This document shows, piece by piece, positions 36,101-46,300 of a stretch of DNA of 64,000 nucleotides. The stretch is from Macrostomum hystrix (lineage: Eukaryota; Animalia; Platyhelminthes): contig CATNEN010000003.1 in NCBI GenBank assembly GCA_950097015.1, forward strand, positions 6,262,001 through 6,326,000, given 5' to 3'. The stretch's first letter is position 1, and every line of letters starts with the position of its first letter. Under the pieces are notes generated by a model. The model worked only from the letters and a program-made list of their open reading frames with translations. It did no database searches and was not told the DNA's origin. A program made the translations under genes and the position numbers.

Positions 36101-38885
36101 CTCTGAGTCCAAGACCGTCGCCATTATGTTCACCAGCAAACGAAACTGGAGGATTGAGCCTCTCCTTCTCTATAACAAACCAATCGCCATGGAGAAGCAA
36201 ACCAGATGCTTAGGTGTCATCCTCGACCACAGGTTGAGCTGGACACCTCACGTCAAATTCAAAACCCGTAAAGCTCTTGCGACGCTCGCGCAGATTCGCA
36301 GAGCCTTCGGCGCCACCTGGGGCCTCACCCCCCGCCGTCTCTGGTGGATTTACACTACCATTGTAAGACCGGCCATCTCTTTTGCCGGCTTCATCTGGAA
36401 TAGTGCCCTGGAGACCAAAGGGGTCCTGGAGGCCCTAAACAAGGTGCAGGGCCGTGCTTGTCGAGCCATCATGAGTGCGGCACCCTCCACTCCCTTCGCT
36501 GGCATGAATGCCTTCCTGGACCTTCCCCCTTTAGATCTTTTTATCAAGGGGGAGGCGATGAAGACGGCTCGTCGTCTTCTGGACGCGGGTATCTCCATCC
36601 GGAAGCAACTTGCTTTCAGCAAGCGGAACCTCCAGCCCCATGGCGACCTCAGCCTACGGGACCTGGACGCAGCAGGAGGTCTCAAAATTCTCTCCGACGG
36701 AATCCCGTCGACGCTGTGCCCACCGCAAAAATTCAAAACCAGCATTCCGCCTCGCCAGGAAGTACGTGACCACGGCCAACCCCGTGAAATTCACTGCTTC
36801 ACCGACGGATCGCAAATCAACTCGGTCTCTGGTTTCGGCTACTGCATTATGTCCGGAGGGAAAACTGTGGCGACCTTCTCCCAGCACACCGGCATAAACT
36901 CTACTGTTTTCCAGAACGAAGTTCTGGCCATCAGCTCCTGCGCCCTGGAGCTGATCTACCAAAACGTCCATGGAGCAGAAATCTTCCTCCACTCGGACAG
37001 CCAGGCGGCGATCCATGCCCTTGGACGCACGCACACCTGCTCGCGCACAGTCCTTGACTGCGTCGCGCAACTCAACCGCTTAGGGACCCACAACAAGGTG
37101 TCCCTAAGGTGGATTCCAGGGCACTCTGGCCACCCTGGTAACGAATTGGCCGACAGCCTCGCCAAGGCCGGTTCGACGGGTTCGCTTTTTGGCCCCGTGC
37201 CTGCGGTCTCCACCCCTACCGCCGTCGTCAACACTCGGATTAACCAGTGGGTGACCTCAAAGCACAAGGACAGATGGATCAATACCGCCGATTGTCGGCA
37301 GTCTCGCGCTGCTGTCCCTTGTCCCTCCACTGCCCTTCGCAAAGCCTTGCTTGGACTGAACCGCAAGGACATCAGGGCAGTCACCATGGCCCTCTCTGGC
37401 CATGGCTGTTTCGCCAGGCACCGCTTCCTGCAAGGCAAAATCCGCAGTGAGGAATGCCCCTTCTGCCTCTCCTATGTTGAGGATGCAGAGCATTTTATTT
37501 GCGACTGCCCCGCCTTCACTCAGGACCGGCTCACCTATCTCGGCCCAAACCCGGATCTCCCCGACGTTTTCAGGCCTGAGAACATCTGCCAGCTCGTCCG
37601 ATACCTGAGGGCCACCGGGCGAGCAACCCTCCACCTCCTGGACACTCCGGAGGAGGACCGCGCTGCGGACGCCGGCACCACCGGATCCCCCTGCGCGACA
37701 CCGCAGCTCTAGTTGCCCGTGGTCGCCAGGGGCTAGCGGAATGGGCGGCAACGCCTCCCCGCTGCATCCGGAAGATGCCCCCTGCAGCTAAGTCAAAGTA
37801 AGTCAATGGCACGATAAATCCATGAAATCAGGGATAAATAATTGGGGGAGGTGAGTGGAAGAGCGGTTTGCCTCTCGCGTCAAGGTCCCTGAGCTCGATT
37901 CCGCGGCGAGAGCACATTCATTTGTCGAGCAATTTAAGCCATTGAGAGCCAATCTACCAGGCACAGTGAGAGTGTACACTGCCTGACGATGACAAAGTAA
38001 GGGCTGGTGAACACGTCTGTGTCACCACATGATGTGCCAGTAAGACAGGGCTCTTGCAAAAATCCTTTAAAAAACTGGAGATAAATGACTTTTTAAACCC
38101 CAAAACCTCTTACCCTCATCTTCCGCTTATCAGCCTGATAGCTAGCCAACATTTCATTCTTCTGTTGTGTCAAAGCGTTGACACTCTCCAACAATTTCGC
38201 AATTCTAGCCTCGTAGGCTTCAGCGTCAACTTGTTCGACCTTCGCGTCGGCACTCTTATTTTCGACGGCTGGAGTGGACTTTTCGTCAGTTGAAGATTGA
38301 TCCTTAGCTGCTGTTGTTGTGGTAGCAGCAGCAGCAGCAGCAGCTGGCGGACTTCTGCGCTTCGTGCTAGCGAAGTCCACTTGACGAAGTGTGTCCTCTA
38401 GGGCGGCCTTCTCCTTTTGTAAGTTCTTGAACGCGACAACAACGTCTAAATAATTCAAGCGGTCAGTGTGTACAATTGGAGTGGGGTGGCGGTCAGTGTG
38501 TACAATTGGAGTGGGGTGGCGGTCAGTGTGTACAATTGGAGTGGGGTGGCGGTCAGTGTGTACAATTGGAGTGGGGTGGCGGTCAGTGTGTACAAATGGA
38601 GTGAGGTGGCGGTCAGTGTGTACAATTTGAGTGGGGTGGCGGTCAGTGTGTACAAATGGAGTGGGGTGGCGGTCAGTGTGTACAAATGGAGTGAAGTGGC
38701 GGTCAGTGTGTACGATTTGGTGGGGTGAGGTCAGAGTTTTTAATTATTATATAAACAATTAATTAATAATTAATTATATAAATAAAAAACTCACCTGTTA
38801 AACGCTTTTCATATCGTTCAATCTTTTTATCTCTTATCTTTATTTGTTCCAACAGTTCTTGTCTGTCTGCTTTGTTTTCAGCCAT
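30162..38885 (-). CDS. GCC1: GRIP and coiled-coil domain-containing protein 1 (GCC88-like TGN golgin); exons 38795-38885, 38114-38445, 34105-34287, 33372-33602, 32876-33073, 32374-32502, 31373-31819, 30162-30536
   Basis: N-terminus [32 protein letters not shown] resembles GCC88; long coiled coil; C-terminal GRIP domain [28 protein letters not shown]. Splice phases are consistent. Confidence 0.88.
30545..30770 (+). mobile_element. tRNA-derived SINE (family B)
   Basis: TTGCCTCTCGC..GGTCCCTAAGTTCGATTCC head and GGCACAGTGAG..TACACTGCCTGACGATGA body, shared with 34413-34646. Confidence 0.65.
31960..32312. repeat. Intronic minisatellite, 40-bp unit
   Basis: TGTCACAAACCTCGAAAGACACTCTTTTATCAGATCGAAA repeated ~9 times. 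Confidence 0.95.
33645..34086. repeat. Intronic minisatellite, 20-bp unit
   Basis: CACACAGACAGTCTCAGACA tandem copies. Confidence 0.95.
34376..34646 (+). repeat. 271-bp direct repeat, left copy (contains a family-B SINE)
   Basis: Identical by eye to 37806-38076, from ATGGCACGATAAATCC to CCTTTAAAAAACT. Confidence 0.95.
34647..37805 (+). mobile_element. 5'-truncated non-LTR retrotransposon (I group, Loa/Lian-like) antisense in GCC1 intron 2
   Basis: Intact RT-RNase H ORF, short 3' UTR and (AAGTC/AAGT) tail. Starts just before the post-endonuclease motif RNARNTDW; no ORF1 and no APE domain. Confidence 0.92.
34734..37712 (+). CDS. LINE ORF2 fragment: reverse transcriptase, RNase H and CCHC zinc knuckle
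   Basis: [34 protein letters not shown]; RNase H FTDGS, FQNE, SDSQAA, WIPGH..GNELAD; CPFC..H..C. The frame is open from ~34647. Confidence 0.93.
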   Translation: MKRQTNQLESVVPATCQEVDDLADLLSMTILTAHETSCPLKAYKGKKSAPWWNPALGTLRRKAKSLQRIARKSKDPADLTAYQNAIRDFKRDTRKAKSEKWRQYCSELEGARPTSRVVKALTLDKMSKLSVIKRPDGRLAENPGESLDIMLASAFPQTAPLQDPPDHTPGGHILATTIITRERTARAANSFSPFKSPGPDNIYPAFLHEAVKNDRFLGLLCNLFKACITLGYVPRSWQEATIVFIPKPGKGDYHSAKAFRPISLTSFFLKLLERLVLWRLLHVELRNSPLSANQHAFRSGRSIESALHAIVDKLERAVLGTGFALSLFLDIDGAFDNVLFGAFRRALERRATHEHLTRWIMYMISHRTATSHLLGHSRSVNVQKGGPQGGVLSPILWNLVMDELLCSPDPDPVQKIGYADDVTATVAGPSPPVLRDLLQAFIHRAERWANGCGLKLSESKTVAIMFTSKRNWRIEPLLLYNKPIAMEKQTRCLGVILDHRLSWTPHVKFKTRKALATLAQIRRAFGATWGLTPRRLWWIYTTIVRPAISFAGFIWNSALETKGVLEALNKVQGRACRAIMSAAPSTPFAGMNAFLDLPPLDLFIKGEAMKTARRLLDAGISIRKQLAFSKRNLQPHGDLSLRDLDAAGGLKILSDGIPSTLCPPQKFKTSIPPRQEVRDHGQPREIHCFTDGSQINSVSGFGYCIMSGGKTVATFSQHTGINSTVFQNEVLAISSCALELIYQNVHGAEIFLHSDSQAAIHALGRTHTCSRTVLDCVAQLNRLGTHNKVSLRWIPGHSGHPGNELADSLAKAGSTGSLFGPVPAVSTPTAVVNTRINQWVTSKHKDRWINTADCRQSRAAVPCPSTALRKALLGLNRKDIRAVTMALSGHGCFARHRFLQGKIRSEECPFCLSYVEDAEHFICDCPAFTQDRLTYLGPNPDLPDVFRPENICQLVRYLRATGRATLHLLDTPEEDRAADAGTTGSPCATPQL
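37806..38076 (+). repeat. 271-bp direct repeat, right copy
   Basis: Identical by eye to 34376-34646. Confidence 0.95.
38461..38730. repeat. Intronic minisatellite, 30-bp unit
   Basis: GGTCAGTGTGTACAATTGGAGTGGGGTGGC x9. Confidence 0.95.
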
Positions 38886-39597
38886 CTGGCATTTAGGCTC
38901 AACTGTAAGTTCAGTTTCAAGCAAATCTAAAAAATATTTTTTATCACAAGTTAACTAAAACTTTTTTGTTAACTCAAGGAGAGATCATTACAAGGAGTTA
39001 TATCTAATCCAACTTTTAGATCTAAAAGCAATAAAAGTGACTATTCTTATATTATATTATATATATATTAGTAAGAACTGTAATAGAACTTTGCCTTTTT
39101 TCCTTAAGATATTTTAACATTTATTTAAAATTTATGCATCTAATTTTTTGCAATCAATCAATTCATATTTAAACTTGATTTCAAAGAACACACAAAACAG
39201 CTAATTGGAATATAACTATTTATACATTGCAGATAATAAAAAACTACTTATTAACCTGATAACTTTTACTTATGAGCACAGGAGTTATACAATTCAATAA
39301 AAGAGACAAAACTTAGTTTTTCATGCTTAAATAAAAAAATTATTTTATTGAAAGAGTACAAATATTCAGATGTAGTAAAACCAATAACATTTGTTAAGTG
39401 GAAAAGCCATATAATATTTTCTAACTAAGAAATTTGACATGGTCCCTACAGAGCTCACTTTTGTAATGAGGCCACATTTTTGGGACATGCCTGCATACAG
39501 TATCTCACTTGCTATGTGCCAATGTATATTTGTGTGTCTATGTCAGAATGGCCAGATCTGGAGGTCAACTGATACCTAATTATATGCCAGTACCAAT

Positions 39598-40301
39598 CCA
39601 TATTTAGGAAGGTGGCCTCTGAGGCGGAAAATTCCGGCGCACACAAAGGGTCTCGGAGCACATCGGCGCACAAGCGCGGCGCACACAAAGGGTCTCGGTG
39701 CACATTGGCGCACAAGTGCGGCGCACACAAAGGGTCTCGGCGCACATTGGCCCATAAGCTGCAGTACACACTATAAATTCCTAGAAGTTGTAATTTGTCG
39801 TAAATTGCATATTTGTTATTCTAATGGCATTTTTCAAATATTGAAATTGTTCATCATTTTTGAAATCGTATGATTGAACATCTTGTAACATTGTCGTAAC
39901 TCGTAAATATTTTTCGTATTTCCTGTTTCCCATCAACTGTCCGAACTGTGTTACAACTTACAATTACTGCTTTCGTTTCAATTCAGTTTTTTCAATATTA
40001 CATATATTTGCTTAGCTGTGCTTAGATCTGCGATGTGCGATCTGCAATCTGTGAATGCGATAACCTAACTGTATGATGAACATATTTTATTTCGTAACAT
40101 TAATACATCATATAACCCTTAGGTTAACATAGGGTGCTTTTCTGTGTAGGGTCAGGGCTAGGGGACAGAAACAGCGTATAGACAGCACACAGATGGCGCA
40201 CAGACGGCGCACAGATGGCGCACAGACAGCGCACAGACGGCGCACAGATTGTCCCTCCAAAATTTATTCCGGCGCACACTCTGCCACCTTCCTGACTATG
40301 G
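39598..40301. mobile_element. Non-autonomous DNA transposon with an 8-bp TSD (hAT-like)
   Basis: TIR CCATA(T/G)T(T/C)AGGAAGGTGGC; TSD GTACCAAT/GTGCCAAT; arrays of GGCGCACA subterminal repeats near both ends. Confidence 0.75.
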
Positions 40302-40945
40302 GTGCCAATAGCTTATCTGCAAAATAAGCTGCTACAAATTAGGCTAGCATTTATTTTCAATAGGCCCTACTTAAATAATTCACAGCAGGGCATGCGAAAT
40401 TGAAGATGAACATGGGACAGAACTAGGCTTCACTACAGGCTTAGAATAAGCTAGGAAAGGCAATAAAAAATATATGCAATATAATAGAAATAAGTATTGA
40501 TCTTAGAAGATTGCTGCATATGTAACATTTTCTTAAATCAAATCAACTGATTATGATAATCAGTTTAGTTTAGATTAGAAGTTTAATATTTAGTATTAGG
40601 CCTAAAATGAATAATTTAAAGACAATTTTTCTTTAGGGGCCTAAGAATTATCATAATTGCGAAAATACGAAAACGTTTTTCTGGTTCAGTTAGTCAGATT
40701 TAAGGCCACGGGACGTATTACAGCTCAAGTGACTAACACACTGACTGTCCACACTTATTAGCTATGCTCATATTCATTATCAGGTTTTTTACTAAGAAAA
40801 CACCATATAAAAAATTTGTTCACGTCAGTAAAAATTAAAAAATTGAAATTCTAAGAAAAACATTTATACATTTTTATAAGACTGTGCCGGATGTATTTAC
40901 GTGTACTACGTTGTCAATTTAACTACGACTTTCTATTTGGATGAT

Positions 40946-41196
40946 GGTAGTGGCTATTCGTACGGCAGAATCTCCTATCTTGTAGTGCATTTCCAAAGAA
41001 ATGATGAAACGAGTTATAACAAATCGAAAATGTAAACAGCGATGCTTGTAGATTTTTCATATGAATAAAAACTGTTTGATAATCTTCTGCACGGTTAGAT
41101 GATAAAATTATACGTGTTCGCCAACCCGTGGCAAGCTTCCTCATGATGAATTATTGGATTTTATATTTCCGGAGTGCCGTACGAATAGCCACTTCC
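40946..41196. mobile_element. MITE with a 9-bp TSD (Merlin- or MULE-like)
   Basis: TIR GG(T/A)AGTGGCTATTCGTACGGCA; exact TSD TTGGATGAT at 40937-40945 and 41197-41205. Confidence 0.85.
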
Positions 41197-42514
41197 TTGG
41201 ATGATTTCGTTTGTTAACGAACTGTGTTTGCTTCCTAGCCATCGGCAAATGATAGAGTCTCTAAGACCTACAAATTAAGGCAATCACACCTGTTTTTTCA
41301 CGTTTCATATTCCATGCCTAATTATAAGTTTTGTTACTTTTTTATTAACTGGGTTAATTGGAATCATAAATTTCGTGAAATTTCAAGTATACGAGCTCAG
41401 ATGCGCTCTAAAATCAACCTGCGATTTTAAACATGTGTTTTGAGTATTTTTAGCTAGACTTCTGAAAATACTTAAAATATGATATTTTGATGCCCGAGTC
41501 TTAAGCAGCAACAATAATATATGCATGATACTGCATTGTAGGGCTTTACTATTCGTTCATTTGTACCCCTCCCTTTGTGCCCTATCAAATGTAAGTTACT
41601 TGTGTAATTTTGCCCCAATGGGGCTCTTGATGCACAGACCGGAAGTCTCAGAATGTTCAAGCTCAGACTGACTATTTTTGTATTTAGTGAGAGTTCAAAT
41701 TCCCGTTGAATCGCAATCACGACGTATATTCGCAATCAGGGAAATTAATACTGACGAAATGAGTTTTCGTTTTTATTTGCTTTCAGGTGTGCATGTTTTG
41801 TCCTTCTGCATTACACAAGATTTTTTGTCTGAACAGTATAGTGCCCCCCTTGGGGGGCTTATAGTGTGCTAGCATTTGTACTATAATTTTATTCTATATA
41901 GATTTCATTCTGAAAGTCTGTCGAGCAGGCCGACTTAGATTGATCAGATTTCCCAGTTTTTTACTTGTTATAACAAGCGCACCAGAAAAATAAAAATAAA
42001 TGCTCAGTAGCTAATTATCTTTTTGTTATTTGTTTTAATTATCTAATTAATTACTCATAAAAGCTAGTTTCGTTTGAATTAATTTTGGGCGTCTCATAAA
42101 AGAGATTTAGTTTCATCATTTAAATGAGCGTACTTGCGTACTTGGTTTACGCGTGGTCGAGTGGTTCTAATTAATCCCCTCCCCTTATAAGAACCCAACA
42201 GATCCTGCCTGAAAAGGTGTCGGATCAATCAGAAAAAAAGAAACGGCGATGAAAAGTAACATCTGTCACACTCGATTGAAATCTGCCTTTCCTGTTTGTT
42301 CTTCTTATCCTGTTTGGGGAAGGATGGGGAAAAATATCCCATGAAAAAAAAGATTGTCATCAAGCCCTTGTAGCTGTGTTTGTGTTTTCCTGACTGTTTG
42401 TTTGGGAATATGGGATGTGAAAGCGACTGCGACTGTGTTTTCCTAAGTTGAACAGCGCACGGATGAAAAAAGCAATATAGAGTGTCACAGATTTGCAATT
42501 TGCCGTTGCCCGTT

Positions 42515-43120
42515 GATTAAAATTCATTGCGAGACCGAAACTTGGTACAGGCACCTCTGATGACGGCAGGGCCCTGAGCTGACCAGGCAGCACTAACAGC
42601 AACTTGGAGAGTCTCCACGGTAGCATAAGTTGTTAAACATGCAACGCGGGCCACGTTGTTCCACACAAAGTAATCGAGAGGGGAACAGTCTGGACTCGAT
42701 GGTGGCCAAGTGGTCGCATCCCAGAAGTCCTCGCCGAGCTCCCGGCGAAGAAATTCTTGAGTAGCGACAGCCGTGTGGGCAGGAGCGCCGTCCTGCTGAA
42801 AAACAAACGTACCTGGGGCAAAGTTGTGTCGAATCCATGGCAGCTAGTACATGATCCTGCAGCATGCGGATGTACTCGGCTGAGTTGATTTTCACTCCAG
42901 CTGGTACCTGTGCTGGGCTTATACCCCGCGCGAGCTGGTCTACCACCATCAAACGTTTAGCGCGATTCATGGCTAATGCTAAGTTGCCGAAAATTTTCGC
43001 GGCAGCTACAGACTATATAGATACTATTTTGTCTATGACCAAAACTATTATGCTCTAGCTACCGCTGGCTTTGCTTTCTTCTATTTTTAAGGTTGTCCTT
43101 AAACGCATGGGCCCCCCGGT
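42515..43120 (-). pseudogene. Tc1/mariner superfamily (maT/DD37D-like) transposase relic with one putative TIR
   Basis: KINSAEYIRML.. then a frameshift, then FVFQQDGAPAHT..WPPSSPDCSPLDYFVW. N-terminus deleted. Terminal TA-CCGGGGGGCCCAT..GGACAACC at ~43090-43120. Confidence 0.8.
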
Positions 43121-43334
43121 AAAACAGAAATTCAAACGAAATTGTGTATGGCGGGATGGACCACATGTAAAATAACGAAATGACGAGTCGGCCCGCGACA
43201 CTTGTCTATGGTAATATAGAAGCATAGCGAGAGAGAGACGCGTCTAAGTAGAGACGGCCATAGTACTCGTGCTCCTCTGTAGCGAATCTGCTCTGTTAAA
43301 ATTGCTTGCACCAGATCTTGACGCAGACTTCAAG

Positions 43335-46300
43335 ATGAGACGATTTCAAGAAATCAAAGAAGAGAAAGTGCTTCCTAACTGGACACCACAGGAACTGAAG
43401 AAAATTGCCAAGGTGTATAATAAGCAAAAATCGTCCATTTATTATCTGGACCTAGAGTTACCAGAAAACCGCTCAAGGAGCCATTCGGAGACCTCGGAAA
43501 GTACAGTTTGTACAACTAAAGTGAGCCCGATGCAAAATCGGAAGTTTTACTTCACTTGCCTTAGAGCCCTGAAAAACCCAGAAAATATTTTGTCAGCTCT
43601 CACACTGTTGTCAATGATTCTCGCTGTGCCAGTTGGCCTTTCGATTAGCCGACTGAAGCCCAGAGAACTGACTGTCGAGCTTATCGGCTTACCCGGTGAA
43701 TTGCTGTCCAACATGCTCAACCTGATGGTTTTTCCGCTGCTTTTCTCCTCACTAGTGTCCGGTTCGTGCTTGCTCGTGCTTTTCTGTTTGATCATTTTTA
43801 CTTTTAGCTCAGAACGAAAGTGAGCAAGCAATCGAACAACAGAAGGGTTTGGGAGTGGGAGAAAACTTCTACTGGGAAGTGGGGGTTTACCAGCCAATAA
43901 TAAATGAGCTGGGGTTGGAGCTCGGAGGAGACACTCCACTGAGTACAGGGGTTGTTGCAGCCAATTATAAATGAGCAGGGTTGGAGGTAAGAGAAGACAC
44001 TCCCTGAGGACAGGGGTTGTTGCAGCCAATTATAAATGAGCAGGGTTGGAGGTAAGAGAAGACACTCCCTGAGGACAGGGGTTGTTGCAGCCAATTATAA
44101 ATGAGCAGGGTTGGAGGTAAGAGAAGACACTCCCTGAGGACAGGGGTTGTTGCAGCCAATTATAAATGAGCAGGGTTAGAGGTAAGAGAAGACACTCCCT
44201 GAGGACAGGGGTTGTTGCAGCCAATTATAAATGAGCAGGGTTAGAGGTAAGAGAAGACACTCCCTGAGGACAAGGGTTGTTGCAGCCAATTATAAAGCAT
44301 CCGGGAGTTGGGAGCTCAATATTGCGACCTTAAAACGCAGTAAAATGTGCCTAAATATGTGTCTAAAAAACTTTCCAGGGATCTCTAATCCGACCATAAA
44401 ATCTATGAACCGGATTGGCGTCTTCATGCTGTTTTACTTCTTCTTTTCGAATCTGGCTGCTGTGTTAATCGGCATCGTTCTAATGGTCATTATTCAGCCA
44501 GGCAATAACAATTACTTAAAGAATATAGTCCAGAGTAGCGGCTACGTGACCGATAAAAGCCAAATAAGCCAAGTGTTTGAAACTATTAAAGGCCTTATAC
44601 TGTGCGTTTCGAATTGTCTCATAAAAAATTGATGTTATGAATATATTCTAAATCATATCGAACCATCGTTTGATTCTCGCTGCAACTAGAATAAAATAGC
44701 TATCCATATCCCTTGATACCTTCTGCATGGAGTGGATTAGCAATTCATATCCCTTGATACCATCTGCATGGAGCGGATTAGCAATCCAAATCCCTTGACA
44801 CCTCTGCATGGAGTGGATTAGCAATCCAAATCCCTTGACACCTCTGCATGGAGTGGATTAGCAATCCAAATCCCTTGACACCTCTGCATGGAGTGGATTA
44901 GCAATCCAAATCCCTTGACACCTCTGCATGGAGTGGATTAGCAATCCAAATCCCTTGACACCTCTGCATGGAGTGGATTAGCAATCCAAATCCCTTGACA
45001 CCTCTGCATGGAGTGGATTAGCAATTCAAATCCCTTGATGCTCACAATATAGAGTAGACTGATAATAAATAAACTTACAACCTTTATTACCATTTGATTC
45101 GTACTGCATGAAACGCCCCATTTCAGAAGCATTTTCTCAGATGGCTTACTTCAAGCAGCATTTCCCATCGATAATTTTACTGTAACATACATTAATCGCA
45201 CCAATGGCACCAATGTGAAGGTGCATTATAGCTATAATAAAGGGATTAACTTGATGGGTAAGTTTTAAATCTACCTGTGTGCTCAGTTTCATAATTAGCC
45301 TGTCACTAAGGCGTAACCCAACCCCAATTTCAGCTTGCGTCAGTTTCTCAATTTTCTTCGGTTTGGTGATTAAACGCTTGTCAAATCAGACGCGAGAACT
45401 GTTTGACCTGATGGTTGCCATCAACGACACTTGCTGCTCGATGGTGCGGATCATGATTTGGTGAGTACTCGGTGCAATCTAATGACCGAAAAAGCAACTG
45501 ACCAATTCTCTAACTGACCCAATCTCTAACTGACCCAATCTCTAACTGACCCAATCTCTAACTGATCCAATCTCTAAGTGACCCAATCTCTAACTGACCC
45601 ATTCTCTAACTGACCCATTCTCTAACTGACCCAATCTCTAACTGACCCATTCTCTAACTGACCCAATCTCTAACTGACCCTATCTCTAACTGACCCTATC
45701 TCTAACTGACCCAATCTCTAACTGACCTATTCTCTAACTGACCCATTCTCTAACTGACCCATTCTCTAACTGACCCAATCTCTAACTGACCCAATCTCTA
45801 ACTGACCCAATCTCTAACTGACCCATTCTCTAACTGACCCATTCTCTAACTGACCCAATCTCTAACTGACCCATTCTCTAACTGATCCAATCTCTAACTG
45901 ACCCAATCTCTAACTGACCCATTCTCTAACTGACCCATTCTCTAACTGACCCAATCTCTAACTGACCTATTCTCTAACTGACCCTATCTCTAACTGACCC
46001 TATCTCTAACTGACCCTATCTCTAACTGACCCAATCTCTAACTGACCTATTCTCTAACTGACCCATTCTCTAACTGACCCATTCTCTAACTGACCCATTC
46101 TCTAACTGACCCAATCTCTAACTGACCCTATCTCTAACTGACCCTATCTCTAACTGACCCAATCTCTAACTGACCCAATCTCTAACTGACCTATTCTCTA
46201 ACTGACCCAATCTCTAACTGACCTATTCTCTAACTGACCCAATCTCTAACTGACCCTATCTCTAACTGACCCAATCTCTAACTGACCTATTCTCTAACTG

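Noticed and set aside
34806-37812. Several antisense and alternative-frame ORFs up to 225 aa
   Set aside because: Shadow ORFs of the GC-rich LINE coding sequence.
34376-38076. LTR retrotransposon (RT flanked by long direct repeats)
   Set aside because: RT is non-LTR type (YADD, post-APE motif, 3' simple-repeat tail); no gag, protease or integrase; repeats lack TG..CA ends, PBS and PPT and consist of intron plus SINE sequence.
40110-40165. Telomere-like TAACCC / TAGGG words
   Set aside because: Only a few degenerate units inside a MITE; not an array.
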